Below, piece by piece: positions 1 to 7,477 of a stretch of DNA of 51,994 nucleotides. The stretch is from an uncultured Nitrospinaceae bacterium. GTDB lineage: Bacteria; UBA8248. How positions within the stretch are numbered: the stretch's first letter is position 1; every line of letters begins with the position of its first letter. Under the pieces are notes generated by a model. That model saw only the letters and a program-made list of their open reading frames with translations, ran no database searches and was not told the origin of the DNA. Location of the stretch: assembly GCA_964440505.1 (NCBI GenBank), contig CAYTSP010000070.1:1-51994 (forward strand), read 5' to 3'. The position numbers and the translations under genes are program-made.

Positions 1-363
1 GTCCTGCGCGAGATGTCCGACCCGCAGCCGGTGGAAAAAGAGCCCGCGTTCCGGCACTACCTCATGCGGTATCTTGAATCCGACGACCCGAACTACGAGC
101 CGGTGCTCCGGGACATACTCGAACACGAACACGAGGCCTACGACGCCATCACGGCGAGCGAAGAAACGGATTTTCAGCGCGGCGACCACGGTACGCTCGC
201 CTGGCAGGCGGTCCATGGCCAACTCTCGAAAGTCGCCTCACCCGAGCAGATCAAAAAGCTTTTCGAAAAGCTGGAAAGGGATTTCTCGGCCACATGCGCG
301 CTTTTCCACGAGATGGCCGAGGCGGAAAAACTCATACAGGAAGAAGAAGGCGGGCCCGGCTAG
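1..363 (+). CDS. Hypothetical protein, probably 5'-truncated by the window edge (acidic, helical)
   Basis: Frame 1 is open from base 1 (gtc ctg cgc gag atg...) to TAG at 361-363, with GC3-rich codon usage like its neighbours. No recognisable motif. Confidence 0.6.
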   Translation, partial: VLREMSDPQPVEKEPAFRHYLMRYLESDDPNYEPVLRDILEHEHEAYDAITASEETDFQRGDHGTLAWQAVHGQLSKVASPEQIKKLFEKLERDFSATCALFHEMAEAEKLIQEEEGGPG

Positions 364-380
364 GCCTGGTTTCAAGCCCC

Positions 381-409
381 TTGCCACTCCCGGCCTCAAT
401 CCTTACAAT
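381..409 (+). promoter_or_regulatory. Sigma70-type promoter for the VOC gene
   Basis: TTGCCA (381-386), 17 nt spacer, TACAAT (404-409), about 80 nt upstream of ATG 489. Confidence 0.6.
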
Positions 410-488
410 CCAAGGCTAATCAAGCCAATAGACAACCATACACGTCATCAAACCCGAGGTTCACTTCTTATCGAGAGGGGATTCCCGC

Positions 489-875
489 ATGGCCAAATAT
501 TCATACGACCATCTTCACTTCAGAAGCGAAGACCCGCACGCCGCCCGCGATTTCTGGATCGACATGTTCGGCGCCACCGTCCTGGAGGAAAGAAAGCTGG
601 GTGGCGCGCCCTCGTTCAACATGGACCTGAACGGCATGGTGTTCCTCGTCTCGGGCCGAGCGGAGGGAGAAGACCCCGTGCGCACGGGCTCGGACCCCCG
701 CTACGGGCTGGATCATTTCGGGCTCCTGGTCGACGACATGGATGAGGCGCAAAAAGAGCTGACCGAAAAGGGTGCGGAGTGGATTTGCGAACCCTGGGAA
801 ATACGCCCGGGAGTGAAAATCGCCTTCATCAAGGGACCCGACAACATCAGCATCGAGATGGCCCAGCGCGGCTGA
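489..875 (+). CDS. VOC (glyoxalase/bleomycin-resistance/extradiol dioxygenase fold) family protein
   Basis: Metal-ligand pattern YDHLHF...GLDHFGLLVDDM...AFIKGPDNISIE; GAGAGGG SD upstream. Confidence 0.88.
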   Translation: MAKYSYDHLHFRSEDPHAARDFWIDMFGATVLEERKLGGAPSFNMDLNGMVFLVSGRAEGEDPVRTGSDPRYGLDHFGLLVDDMDEAQKELTEKGAEWICEPWEIRPGVKIAFIKGPDNISIEMAQRG

Positions 876-993
876 TTTCGTTTTCTCCGCAATGAGGCGC
901 GCCGGGGAAGTGAATGTGCCGGAAAGCCTGTATTTTCAAGCACTCTCGCGCCAGCGGTGAGGTAACGCTCTGGCAGGTATATGGCGCGTGAAT

Positions 994-1032
994 TTCCAGC
1001 GCTGGAACCTTCCTGCCCTGAAATGGTAATCT
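994..1032 (+). promoter_or_regulatory. Perfect 14-bp palindrome (possible operator) upstream of an extended -10 element
   Basis: TTCCAGCGCTGGAA at 994-1007; TGgTAATCT at 1024-1032; ATG at 1072. Confidence 0.35.
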
Positions 1033-1071
1033 TTTCCAAGAAGCTTCGCCCCGCCGCCAGAGAATTTCGCC

Positions 1072-1761
1072 ATGAGAAAATGGAACAGACGAGAACTGCT
1101 GAAAAACTCCCTGCTCGGCCTGACCGCGCTCGGCACGGGGGCCTTCGCGCTTCGGGAAACCCTCGCCCCCACACCCGCATATGGAGAGTTGGGGGAATTC
1201 GGGAAATTCCTGATCGCGCAAGGCGAAACACCGGATGAGGCGCCGTCCAATGCGCGTAAGCCGACCGCTTCGGACTCCATGGGACCCTTCTACAAGGAAG
1301 GGGCTCCTTATCGCGGCTATTTGATGCCCAGGGATGCACAGGGCACGCCGATGCTCATCCGCGGCCGCGTCTATGGGCATGACACCCGGAAAACGCTCGA
1401 GGGCGCGACTATCGACGTATGGCAGGCGGATGACAGCGGCAGCTACCACGGCATGGACGAGAAGGAGAATTATCTCTACAGAGCGCGTATGCGCACCTCA
1501 CGGCGCGGCCTTTATCAGTTCGAAACCGTGCATCCGGGACGTTACGGCTTCGGCATCTGGGCGAGGCCGTCACACATTCATTTCTACATCCGCCATCCCG
1601 ATTACCAGCCCCTGGTGACGCAACTATATTTTCAGGGCGACCCCAGATTGGGCGACCATGAACGCGCCAGACCCTCTTTGATCATTGCGCTCAAAAAGGT
1701 TTCCTGGGGAAAAACGTATGAGTTGGGTAATTTCAATATCGTTTTGGTACGGAAATCATAA
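1072..1761 (+). CDS. Intradiol ring-cleavage dioxygenase-like protein (protocatechuate 3,4-dioxygenase beta/Dioxygenase_C fold) with twin-arginine signal peptide
   Basis: N-terminal NRRELLK followed by a hydrophobic stretch; motifs MGPFY, IDVWQAD..GSY, PGRY, RPSHIHF, LVTQLYF (Tyr/Tyr/His/His Fe ligands present). Confidence 0.85.
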   Translation: MRKWNRRELLKNSLLGLTALGTGAFALRETLAPTPAYGELGEFGKFLIAQGETPDEAPSNARKPTASDSMGPFYKEGAPYRGYLMPRDAQGTPMLIRGRVYGHDTRKTLEGATIDVWQADDSGSYHGMDEKENYLYRARMRTSRRGLYQFETVHPGRYGFGIWARPSHIHFYIRHPDYQPLVTQLYFQGDPRLGDHERARPSLIIALKKVSWGKTYELGNFNIVLVRKS

Positions 1762-1781
1762 AAACCCGAAAGGTTCGGCAC

Positions 1782-3098
1782 TCAGTCATAGAGCGCCGTT
1801 TGAAGCTGCTCACGCATTTTTTCAGGCGCCACTCCGAAGGCGCGCAGTGTGTCCTCCGCCTCCTGAATAACCCGGTCGATATCCTCATAGATTTTATACG
1901 TCTTCGTGTAGTCGGGATACTCGAAACCCATGGCTTGCCCTAGAATCGTCATGAAATTCTCGATTTCAAAAAATTCACCCTTTTCCAGACCGCATAGTTC
2001 ACGGTGACAACTGTGATAAACGGTTAGTAAAGAGTCGACCCGAGCGCGGCGCGCCGAGTCGAAAAGTTTCTCGCGCATCGCCGCTTTCGCCTCCGGAATG
2101 ACGAGCGTGGGGCACTGATAGGCATGATCCGATAGCTGTTCAATCTCCACGAACTCGAGCCCGGGAACCGCCCGGAGAATTTTCAATACGTTTTCCTCTA
2201 CGCCATCTGTCCCGCCGTGTAGATGCACGGCCACGCGCTTTTCCACTTTTTGCGTGAATTCTCCCCGCAAGGTTTCCAGATTATCCGCCAGATATTGCGT
2301 GATGTGGACAAACGGCAGGATTTCCTCCTCGCTATTTTTCGAATCACCCGCCATGGGGAGAACCGGCTTTCCGGTGTAGAGGTGTTGATATTCGGAGTAC
2401 TGCATCTGGCAAGTGGGGCAAAATGTAATGACTTTCTCAGGCGCATATGATTTGAAATACTCCAGGGATCGCGCGCCCATCGCCGCTCCTGCATCCAGAT
2501 CCCCACGCCTGATGTGGTTGATGCCGCAACAATGGCCCACGCCGCCGGCGACCTCATAGTCCAGACCAAGACGGTCGAAAACATCGATGCAGGAGAGCAG
2601 GATGTGAGGCGTCTGGAGAATGTTGCATCCAAAGTAAAACACCGCATCTGCTTTGTTTGCCTCCGAGCCCCGAACGGCGGTGAGATTCCTGAACAGCTCG
2701 GGCTCGAGCTGGAGTGCGGCCATGAAGCGAATCTTCCGGCTTAGTTCCTGAAAATACGACCTGCCGGCCTCTTGAATCTCAGACTCTTCTATTTCGATAT
2801 TCTGAAGCTTGAGCTTGGCGTAGGAGAGCATTTCACGCGGGTTGACGTCCTCCGGGCAGGCCTCGATGCAAATTCCGCTTTTTTGACAGGCTTTGGCCCA
2901 AAGCGCCCCTTCCGGCTCATGAGGACGATCGTTGATGATGTCCACAACGGATTTCGTCACCCGTTCGGGCTCCGCACCTTTGGCTTGTGAATACTCGACC
3001 ATCGGGCAGACTTCATAACATTTCCCGCAATGCGTACAGGCTTCGGTGATATGAGAGATTCTCTCTTCCATAAAACTCTGGTAGGCCGTAGTTTCCAT
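1782..3098 (-). CDS. (Fe-S)-binding protein, HdrD/GlpC-like: N-terminal 4Fe-4S dicluster plus CCG domain(s)
   Basis: CTHCGKCYEVCP, CQKSGICIEACP, YFGC...HCCG...FCPTC. Start moved to ATG 3098, which follows an AAGGAG SD. Confidence 0.85.
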   Translation of the reverse strand: METTAYQSFMEERISHITEACTHCGKCYEVCPMVEYSQAKGAEPERVTKSVVDIINDRPHEPEGALWAKACQKSGICIEACPEDVNPREMLSYAKLKLQNIEIEESEIQEAGRSYFQELSRKIRFMAALQLEPELFRNLTAVRGSEANKADAVFYFGCNILQTPHILLSCIDVFDRLGLDYEVAGGVGHCCGINHIRRGDLDAGAAMGARSLEYFKSYAPEKVITFCPTCQMQYSEYQHLYTGKPVLPMAGDSKNSEEEILPFVHITQYLADNLETLRGEFTQKVEKRVAVHLHGGTDGVEENVLKILRAVPGLEFVEIEQLSDHAYQCPTLVIPEAKAAMREKLFDSARRARVDSLLTVYHSCHRELCGLEKGEFFEIENFMTILGQAMGFEYPDYTKTYKIYEDIDRVIQEAEDTLRAFGVAPEKMREQLQTALYD

Positions 3099-3378
3099 GG
3101 TTCTCCTTAATGAAAGTGAGGAGAAAATTCTATGGGAGCCGACCGGCATGGTCAACCAATCAGATGTCGGCAGGATACACGTTTCCGGAAGTAGCACGAT
3201 GCCGTGAATAGCCGTCTTATCCCGGGAGTTTTTGACCCGGCCCCGTCATTATGCTAGTTAAGAGCCAGTTTTCCTGACTTTCGGATTTGATGGATAACCC
3301 CCGTGGAATTGGCCTCATCCCTAAATCCGTACAAGCGCGAGTCGCCTGGAACAGACGGCTTCGAGGAGGTTTTGAGAA

Positions 3379-4887
3379 ATGTCGAATGCCACAGATAAAT
3401 ACGATGTCGTCGTCGTGGGCTGCGGAAACGCTGCACTTTGCGCATCGCTTGCGGCGAGAGATCAGGGGGCGAAGGTTCTGGTGCTCGAAAAAGCGCCCGA
3501 GGCATGGCGCGGCGGCAATTCGGCTTTTTCAGGCGGTCTTTTTCGCTTCGCCTTCCATAGCATCGAGGACATCTACTCACTCGTGCCCGATCTTTCCGAC
3601 GCCGAGAAAGAAAACATCGAGATCGACCCCTATACATCGGAAAAATTCTTTGACGACCTCGCCCTGTTGACCGAATACCAGACGGACGGCGACCTCGCTT
3701 CCGTCCTCATCCACGAGTCGTTTCCGACACTGAAATGGATGCAGTCAAAGGGTTTGCGACTGATCCTGGCAAGCGGCCGACAAGCATTCAAGGTAGACGG
3801 CAAGATGCGATTCTGGGGTGGTCTGGTTCTCGAGATTGTCGGCGGCGGGCGCGGCCTCATCGATTCACTCCTTGATGCCGCAAACAATGCCGGAGTCGAG
3901 ATTCGCTACGCATCGAAGGCGATGCGCCTGCTCACGGACCCCATGGGCGGCGTAACGGGTGTCGAAGTCAAAGGTCCTGATGGGCCTTACGAAGTCGAGA
4001 CGCACGGAGTCGTTCTGGCATCTGGTGGCTTCGAGGCGAACGCCGAGATGCGCTGCCGGTACCTGGGTCCGGGCTGGGAACTCGCAAAAGTCCGCGGCAC
4101 CCCTTACAACACGGGGGACGGCATCAAGATGGCGCTCGATATCGGTGCGCAGCCATACGGGAACTGGAGCGGCTGTCACGCGGTCGCCTGGGATTTGAAC
4201 GCCCCCCCCTTCGGCGACCTCACGGTTGGAGAATCCTACCAGAAACACTCTTATCCGTTCGGCATCATCGTGAACATAGAGGGCAATCGCTTCGTGGATG
4301 AGGGTGCCGATTTCAGAAACTACACTTACGCCAAATACGGCCGGAACATCCTCCAGCAACCCCAGCGGGCCGCCTTTCAGATATTCGATCAGAAAACGGT
4401 CCATATGCTGCGCGACGAATATCGCATCCGTGAAGTCACCAAGGCCGAGGCCAGCACGCTGGAAGAACTAGCAAAACAACTCGAGATCGATGTCGATGAA
4501 TTCGTCAAAACCGTTCAGGAATACAACGCCGCCGTTCAGCCGGGCGAATACAATCCGGCCATCAAAGACGGCAAATGCACGAAGGGCATCGACCCCCCGA
4601 AATCGAACTGGGCGCTGCCCATCGACGAACCGCCCTACCTCGGCTTCGCCGTCACTACGGGAATCACTTTCACCTTCGGCGGCATCCGTGTGACGCCCAA
4701 AGCGGAAGTCATGAACACCGAAAACGAAATCATCCCCGGGTTGTTCGCTGCGGGCGAACTTGTGGGCGGCGTCTACTATTTCAACTACCCGGGAGGCGCA
4801 GGGCTGACTTTGGGCTCCGTCTACGGCAAGCTGGCGGGTACTGCCGCAGGGCAGCGCGCCGCTCAGGCGAAGACTGCATCCGCCTGA
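3379..4887 (+). CDS. tcuA: FAD-dependent tricarballylate dehydrogenase TcuA-like flavoprotein (FAD_binding_2 family)
   Basis: DVVVVGCGNAAL FAD loop, RGGNSAFSGG, LASGGFEAN, RGTPYNTGDG, RFVDEGAD...YTYAKYG, GITFTFGG, AAGELVGG..YFNYPGGAGL; GAGGAGG SD. Confidence 0.85.
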   Translation: MSNATDKYDVVVVGCGNAALCASLAARDQGAKVLVLEKAPEAWRGGNSAFSGGLFRFAFHSIEDIYSLVPDLSDAEKENIEIDPYTSEKFFDDLALLTEYQTDGDLASVLIHESFPTLKWMQSKGLRLILASGRQAFKVDGKMRFWGGLVLEIVGGGRGLIDSLLDAANNAGVEIRYASKAMRLLTDPMGGVTGVEVKGPDGPYEVETHGVVLASGGFEANAEMRCRYLGPGWELAKVRGTPYNTGDGIKMALDIGAQPYGNWSGCHAVAWDLNAPPFGDLTVGESYQKHSYPFGIIVNIEGNRFVDEGADFRNYTYAKYGRNILQQPQRAAFQIFDQKTVHMLRDEYRIREVTKAEASTLEELAKQLEIDVDEFVKTVQEYNAAVQPGEYNPAIKDGKCTKGIDPPKSNWALPIDEPPYLGFAVTTGITFTFGGIRVTPKAEVMNTENEIIPGLFAAGELVGGVYYFNYPGGAGLTLGSVYGKLAGTAAGQRAAQAKTASA

Positions 4888-4990
4888 TTCTTCCATTTCA
4901 GGGAAGACGTGGTAGTCCAATCAGGTTCAAGTGACTAGCACGCACAAACCGCAGCGGTGATGGCCTGTCTCAAGTCGTGAACAAGGCGTT

Positions 4991-5569
4991 TCATGCCGTA
5001 ACGCCGCTCAAAGAGATCGATTCGCCGTTCAGGCTCACGGTGCTTTTCAGAGGAACGGCGGCCGTCACCATTTGTTCGGCGAAGCATCCTTGCTTCGCAT
5101 TCCTGATGACCGCCAGAATTTTCTCCGCCGATTCATCGGATTCCACCTCGAAATGCGTGCGAACCTCGTTGCAGCCGGCATTCACCGTGCCCTTGAGAAC
5201 GGAGCCCCCTAAAAAGTAATCGAAATCCACGTGCACCCTGGCGTGCGTGAAGGACACTTTCATCATGTGCGCGTACCGCGCAAGCTGGGTGAGGAGTCAG
5301 AATCCGACTCCCATGGCAATGTAGCAAAGCGGTTGGGGGTAGGAATCCTCCCCGCCGATGCGGGGCGGCTCATCACAATACACCTCGAAGTGTCTGTGCG
5401 TCCCCAGCTTGAGCTGGCCTTTTCCCTCTATCGTTTCGGTGTCGGCGGACATGGTGAAAGCATAGCCCTGCTTGGGGAGTTCGGGCTTGTCAATGGCACG
5501 CTCACCGGGAATGACGCTGTCTTTACGCGGGTCGAGAGGTTCCACTTGTCTTGTCTCCTTTGGTGTCAT
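4991..5569 (-). CDS. OsmC/Ohr-family protein with in-frame UGA (codon 91, nt 5297-5299), probable selenoprotein, 192 aa
   Basis: ORFs 5297-5569 and 4991-5266 are in the same frame, joined by TGA CTC CTC ACC CAG CTT GCG CGG TAC GCG CAC. The joined product reads DEPPRIGGEDSYPQPLCYIAMGVGF-U-LLTQLARYAHMMKV...AKQGCFAEQ, which places U at the first OsmC catalytic Cys. Confidence 0.85.
5268..5282 (-). promoter_or_regulatory. Bacterial SECIS-like hairpin (apical stem-loop)
   Basis: mRNA UGCGCG-GUA-CGCGCA is a perfect 6-bp stem. The G-initiated loop starts 21 nt after the UGA, consistent with bacterial SECIS spacing. Confidence 0.7.
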
Positions 5570-5663
5570 AAGAATGGCATAAGAAAAACGCTATTATGCA
5601 CGCAGGGGCGGTGCAAGAGAACCGCCGGGCATTCATTTTCTCGTGATCAAAAGGGGCTATTTC

Positions 5664-6623
5664 GTGAACCGAATCGCCGTACCAGATGACTACCCTTCCG
5701 TTTTCATGGGCAGCGCTGCTGAAACCCGGCTACGCGAAATCGGGGATGCGGAAATCCATACCTCGAACCCGCAAACGTCCGAAGAACTGCTGAGACGCGT
5801 TTCCGGAGCCGATGGAATCATCAACATCCGGGCTTTTTGCAAATTCGACGCGGATTTTTTCTCGAATTGCTGCGATCTCAAGGTACTTTCGATCTGGGGC
5901 ACAGGGACGGACCACGTCGATTTGAAGGCAGCCGAGAATGCAGGCGTCATCGTATCGAACACGCCGGGCGTGGCCGCCGTCTCCGTCGCTGAACACACCC
6001 TGGCCCTGATGATGGCGGCGGCGCGCCAGATACCCGGAAACGATTCCGCCATGCGGGCGGGCGAGTGGCCTCGGGGACAGATGACGCAATTGAACGGAAA
6101 AACGCTCGGCCTCATCGGTCTTGGCGCCATCGGCCGCCAGACGGCCCGCATCGCCGCCGGCATCGGAATGAAGCTCATCGCCTGGACGTTTCATCCGGAC
6201 AATGATTTCGCTGCGGAAGTAGGACTTGAGTTCGTCGATTTGAACACTTTGTATGAACGGGCCGATGTCGTCTCGATACACGTACGGCAATCGGCGGACA
6301 CAATCGGCATGGTCGGTGCCGAGGCGTTCTCCCAAATGGGTCCAAACACAATTTTGGTGAACACCGCCCGTGGACCCATAGTAGATGAAGCGGCGCTCTT
6401 ATCGGCTTTGGAAGATGGCGCCCTGGCTGCAGCTGGTCTCGACGTATTCGATCAGGAGCCTTTGCCCCCGAACCATCCGATCGGAAAACTGAACAACGTG
6501 GTTCTCTCCCCGCATAATGCGGGTATCACGCCCGAGGTCACGGAAGCAGGACTTCTGATGTCGGTGGAAAACATTGCCGCCGCACTCTCGGGCAATCCGC
6601 AAAATGTGGTGCATCCATCATGA
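5664..6623 (+). CDS. D-isomer-specific 2-hydroxyacid dehydrogenase (SerA/GhrB-like, no ACT domain)
   Basis: GTGTDHVD, NTPG, VAEH, GLIGLGAIG, NTARGPIVDE, GLDVFDQEP, SPHNAG. GTG start at 5664 follows AAGGGG. Confidence 0.9.
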   Translation: MNRIAVPDDYPSVFMGSAAETRLREIGDAEIHTSNPQTSEELLRRVSGADGIINIRAFCKFDADFFSNCCDLKVLSIWGTGTDHVDLKAAENAGVIVSNTPGVAAVSVAEHTLALMMAAARQIPGNDSAMRAGEWPRGQMTQLNGKTLGLIGLGAIGRQTARIAAGIGMKLIAWTFHPDNDFAAEVGLEFVDLNTLYERADVVSIHVRQSADTIGMVGAEAFSQMGPNTILVNTARGPIVDEAALLSALEDGALAAAGLDVFDQEPLPPNHPIGKLNNVVLSPHNAGITPEVTEAGLLMSVENIAAALSGNPQNVVHPS

Positions 6624-6625
6624 TT

Positions 6626-6634
6626 TGCTATAAT
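6626..6634 (+). promoter_or_regulatory. Extended -10 promoter element for the aquaporin gene
   Basis: Perfect TGcTATAAT just after the dehydrogenase stop, about 110 nt upstream of ATG 6742. Confidence 0.55.
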
Positions 6635-6741
6635 GAGGCATATAGATAGACTGTTATTTTCGCTTGGAGTCCTTCAAATCGCATCAATAGCGGCATGAAT
6701 TTTCCTCCAATTCTTTCGCCCGAACGAATAAGGAGAAGAAA

Positions 6742-7422
6742 ATGAGTCCTACAGGAAGGGCCTGCGTAGCGGAAGCCATCGGCACGTTTGCGCTGTGCTT
6801 TATCGGCGCGGGCGCCATCATCTTGAATCAGAAAACGGGCGGAGCCGTGGGCCTCATTGGCATCGCCCTGGCCCATGGGCTGATCCTCTCGGTCATGATT
6901 TCCGCGATGGGACACGTCTCGGGAGGTCATTTCAATCCGGCCGTGACTATCGGCTTTATGGTGACCAAGAAGACAGACGGCGGTACGGGAATTTCCTACA
7001 TCATCAGCCAACTCGTGGGTGGAACCGTGGCCGGTATCCTGTTGAGAATTATCTTTGCCGCCGACGTCTGGCAAAAGGTGAATCTGGGAACACCGACCCT
7101 GGCGAGTGACGTGAGCTTCGGCATGGGGATACTGATCGAAATCATCCTCACGTTCTTCCTCGTCACCGCTATCTGGGGCTCCGCCGTGGATGACAGACAC
7201 CCCGACGTAGGCGGTTTCGCGATCGGCCTCACCATTGCTGCAGATATTTTGATGGGAGGTCCACTCACGGGAGCATCCATGAATCCGGCGCGAACATTCG
7301 GCCCAGCCCTGGCCGGAGGCGGTTTCGACGGCATCAACCATCTCGTCTACTGGATAGGGCCCATCATCGGCGCCGTGGCGGCGGCCCTGGTGTACAACAA
7401 CATATTGATCAAAAAAGAATAA
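6742..7422 (+). CDS. MIP-family channel (aquaporin)
   Basis: SGGHFNPAVT and GASMNPART NPA boxes, six hydrophobic segments, YWIGPIIG; AAGGAG SD. Confidence 0.95.
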   Translation: MSPTGRACVAEAIGTFALCFIGAGAIILNQKTGGAVGLIGIALAHGLILSVMISAMGHVSGGHFNPAVTIGFMVTKKTDGGTGISYIISQLVGGTVAGILLRIIFAADVWQKVNLGTPTLASDVSFGMGILIEIILTFFLVTAIWGSAVDDRHPDVGGFAIGLTIAADILMGGPLTGASMNPARTFGPALAGGGFDGINHLVYWIGPIIGAVAAALVYNNILIKKE

Positions 7423-7429
7423 GTCTAAA

Positions 7430-7466
7430 AAATAGCCTCGGTACGTGTAGACGGCCGGGGCTATTT
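7430..7466. terminator. Intrinsic terminator between convergent genes (probably bidirectional)
   Basis: AAATAGCCTCGGT...GCCGGGGCTATTT inverted repeat flanked by A/T tracts. Confidence 0.7.
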
Positions 7467-7477
7467 CGCGTGGTTGC

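Noticed and set aside
74-745. 223-aa alternative-frame ORF and similar overlapping same-strand ORFs (17549-18556, 29558-30574)
   Set aside because: They overlap well-supported genes in other frames, are low-complexity Arg/Pro/Gly-rich, and have no motifs.
4991-5266. Independent 91-aa gene starting MMKVSF
   Set aside because: No evident SD, encodes only half an OsmC fold, and is in frame with the upstream half.
5297-5299. UGA reassigned to Trp or Gly (code 4/25) as the explanation for the OsmC read-through
   Set aside because: Many genes here end at TGA (e.g. VOC, tcuA, the amidohydrolase), Trp is encoded by TGG throughout, and an intact RF2 is present.
5664-6623. Naming the dehydrogenase serA
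   Set aside because: No ACT/ASB domains and no serine-pathway context; only the family is supportable.
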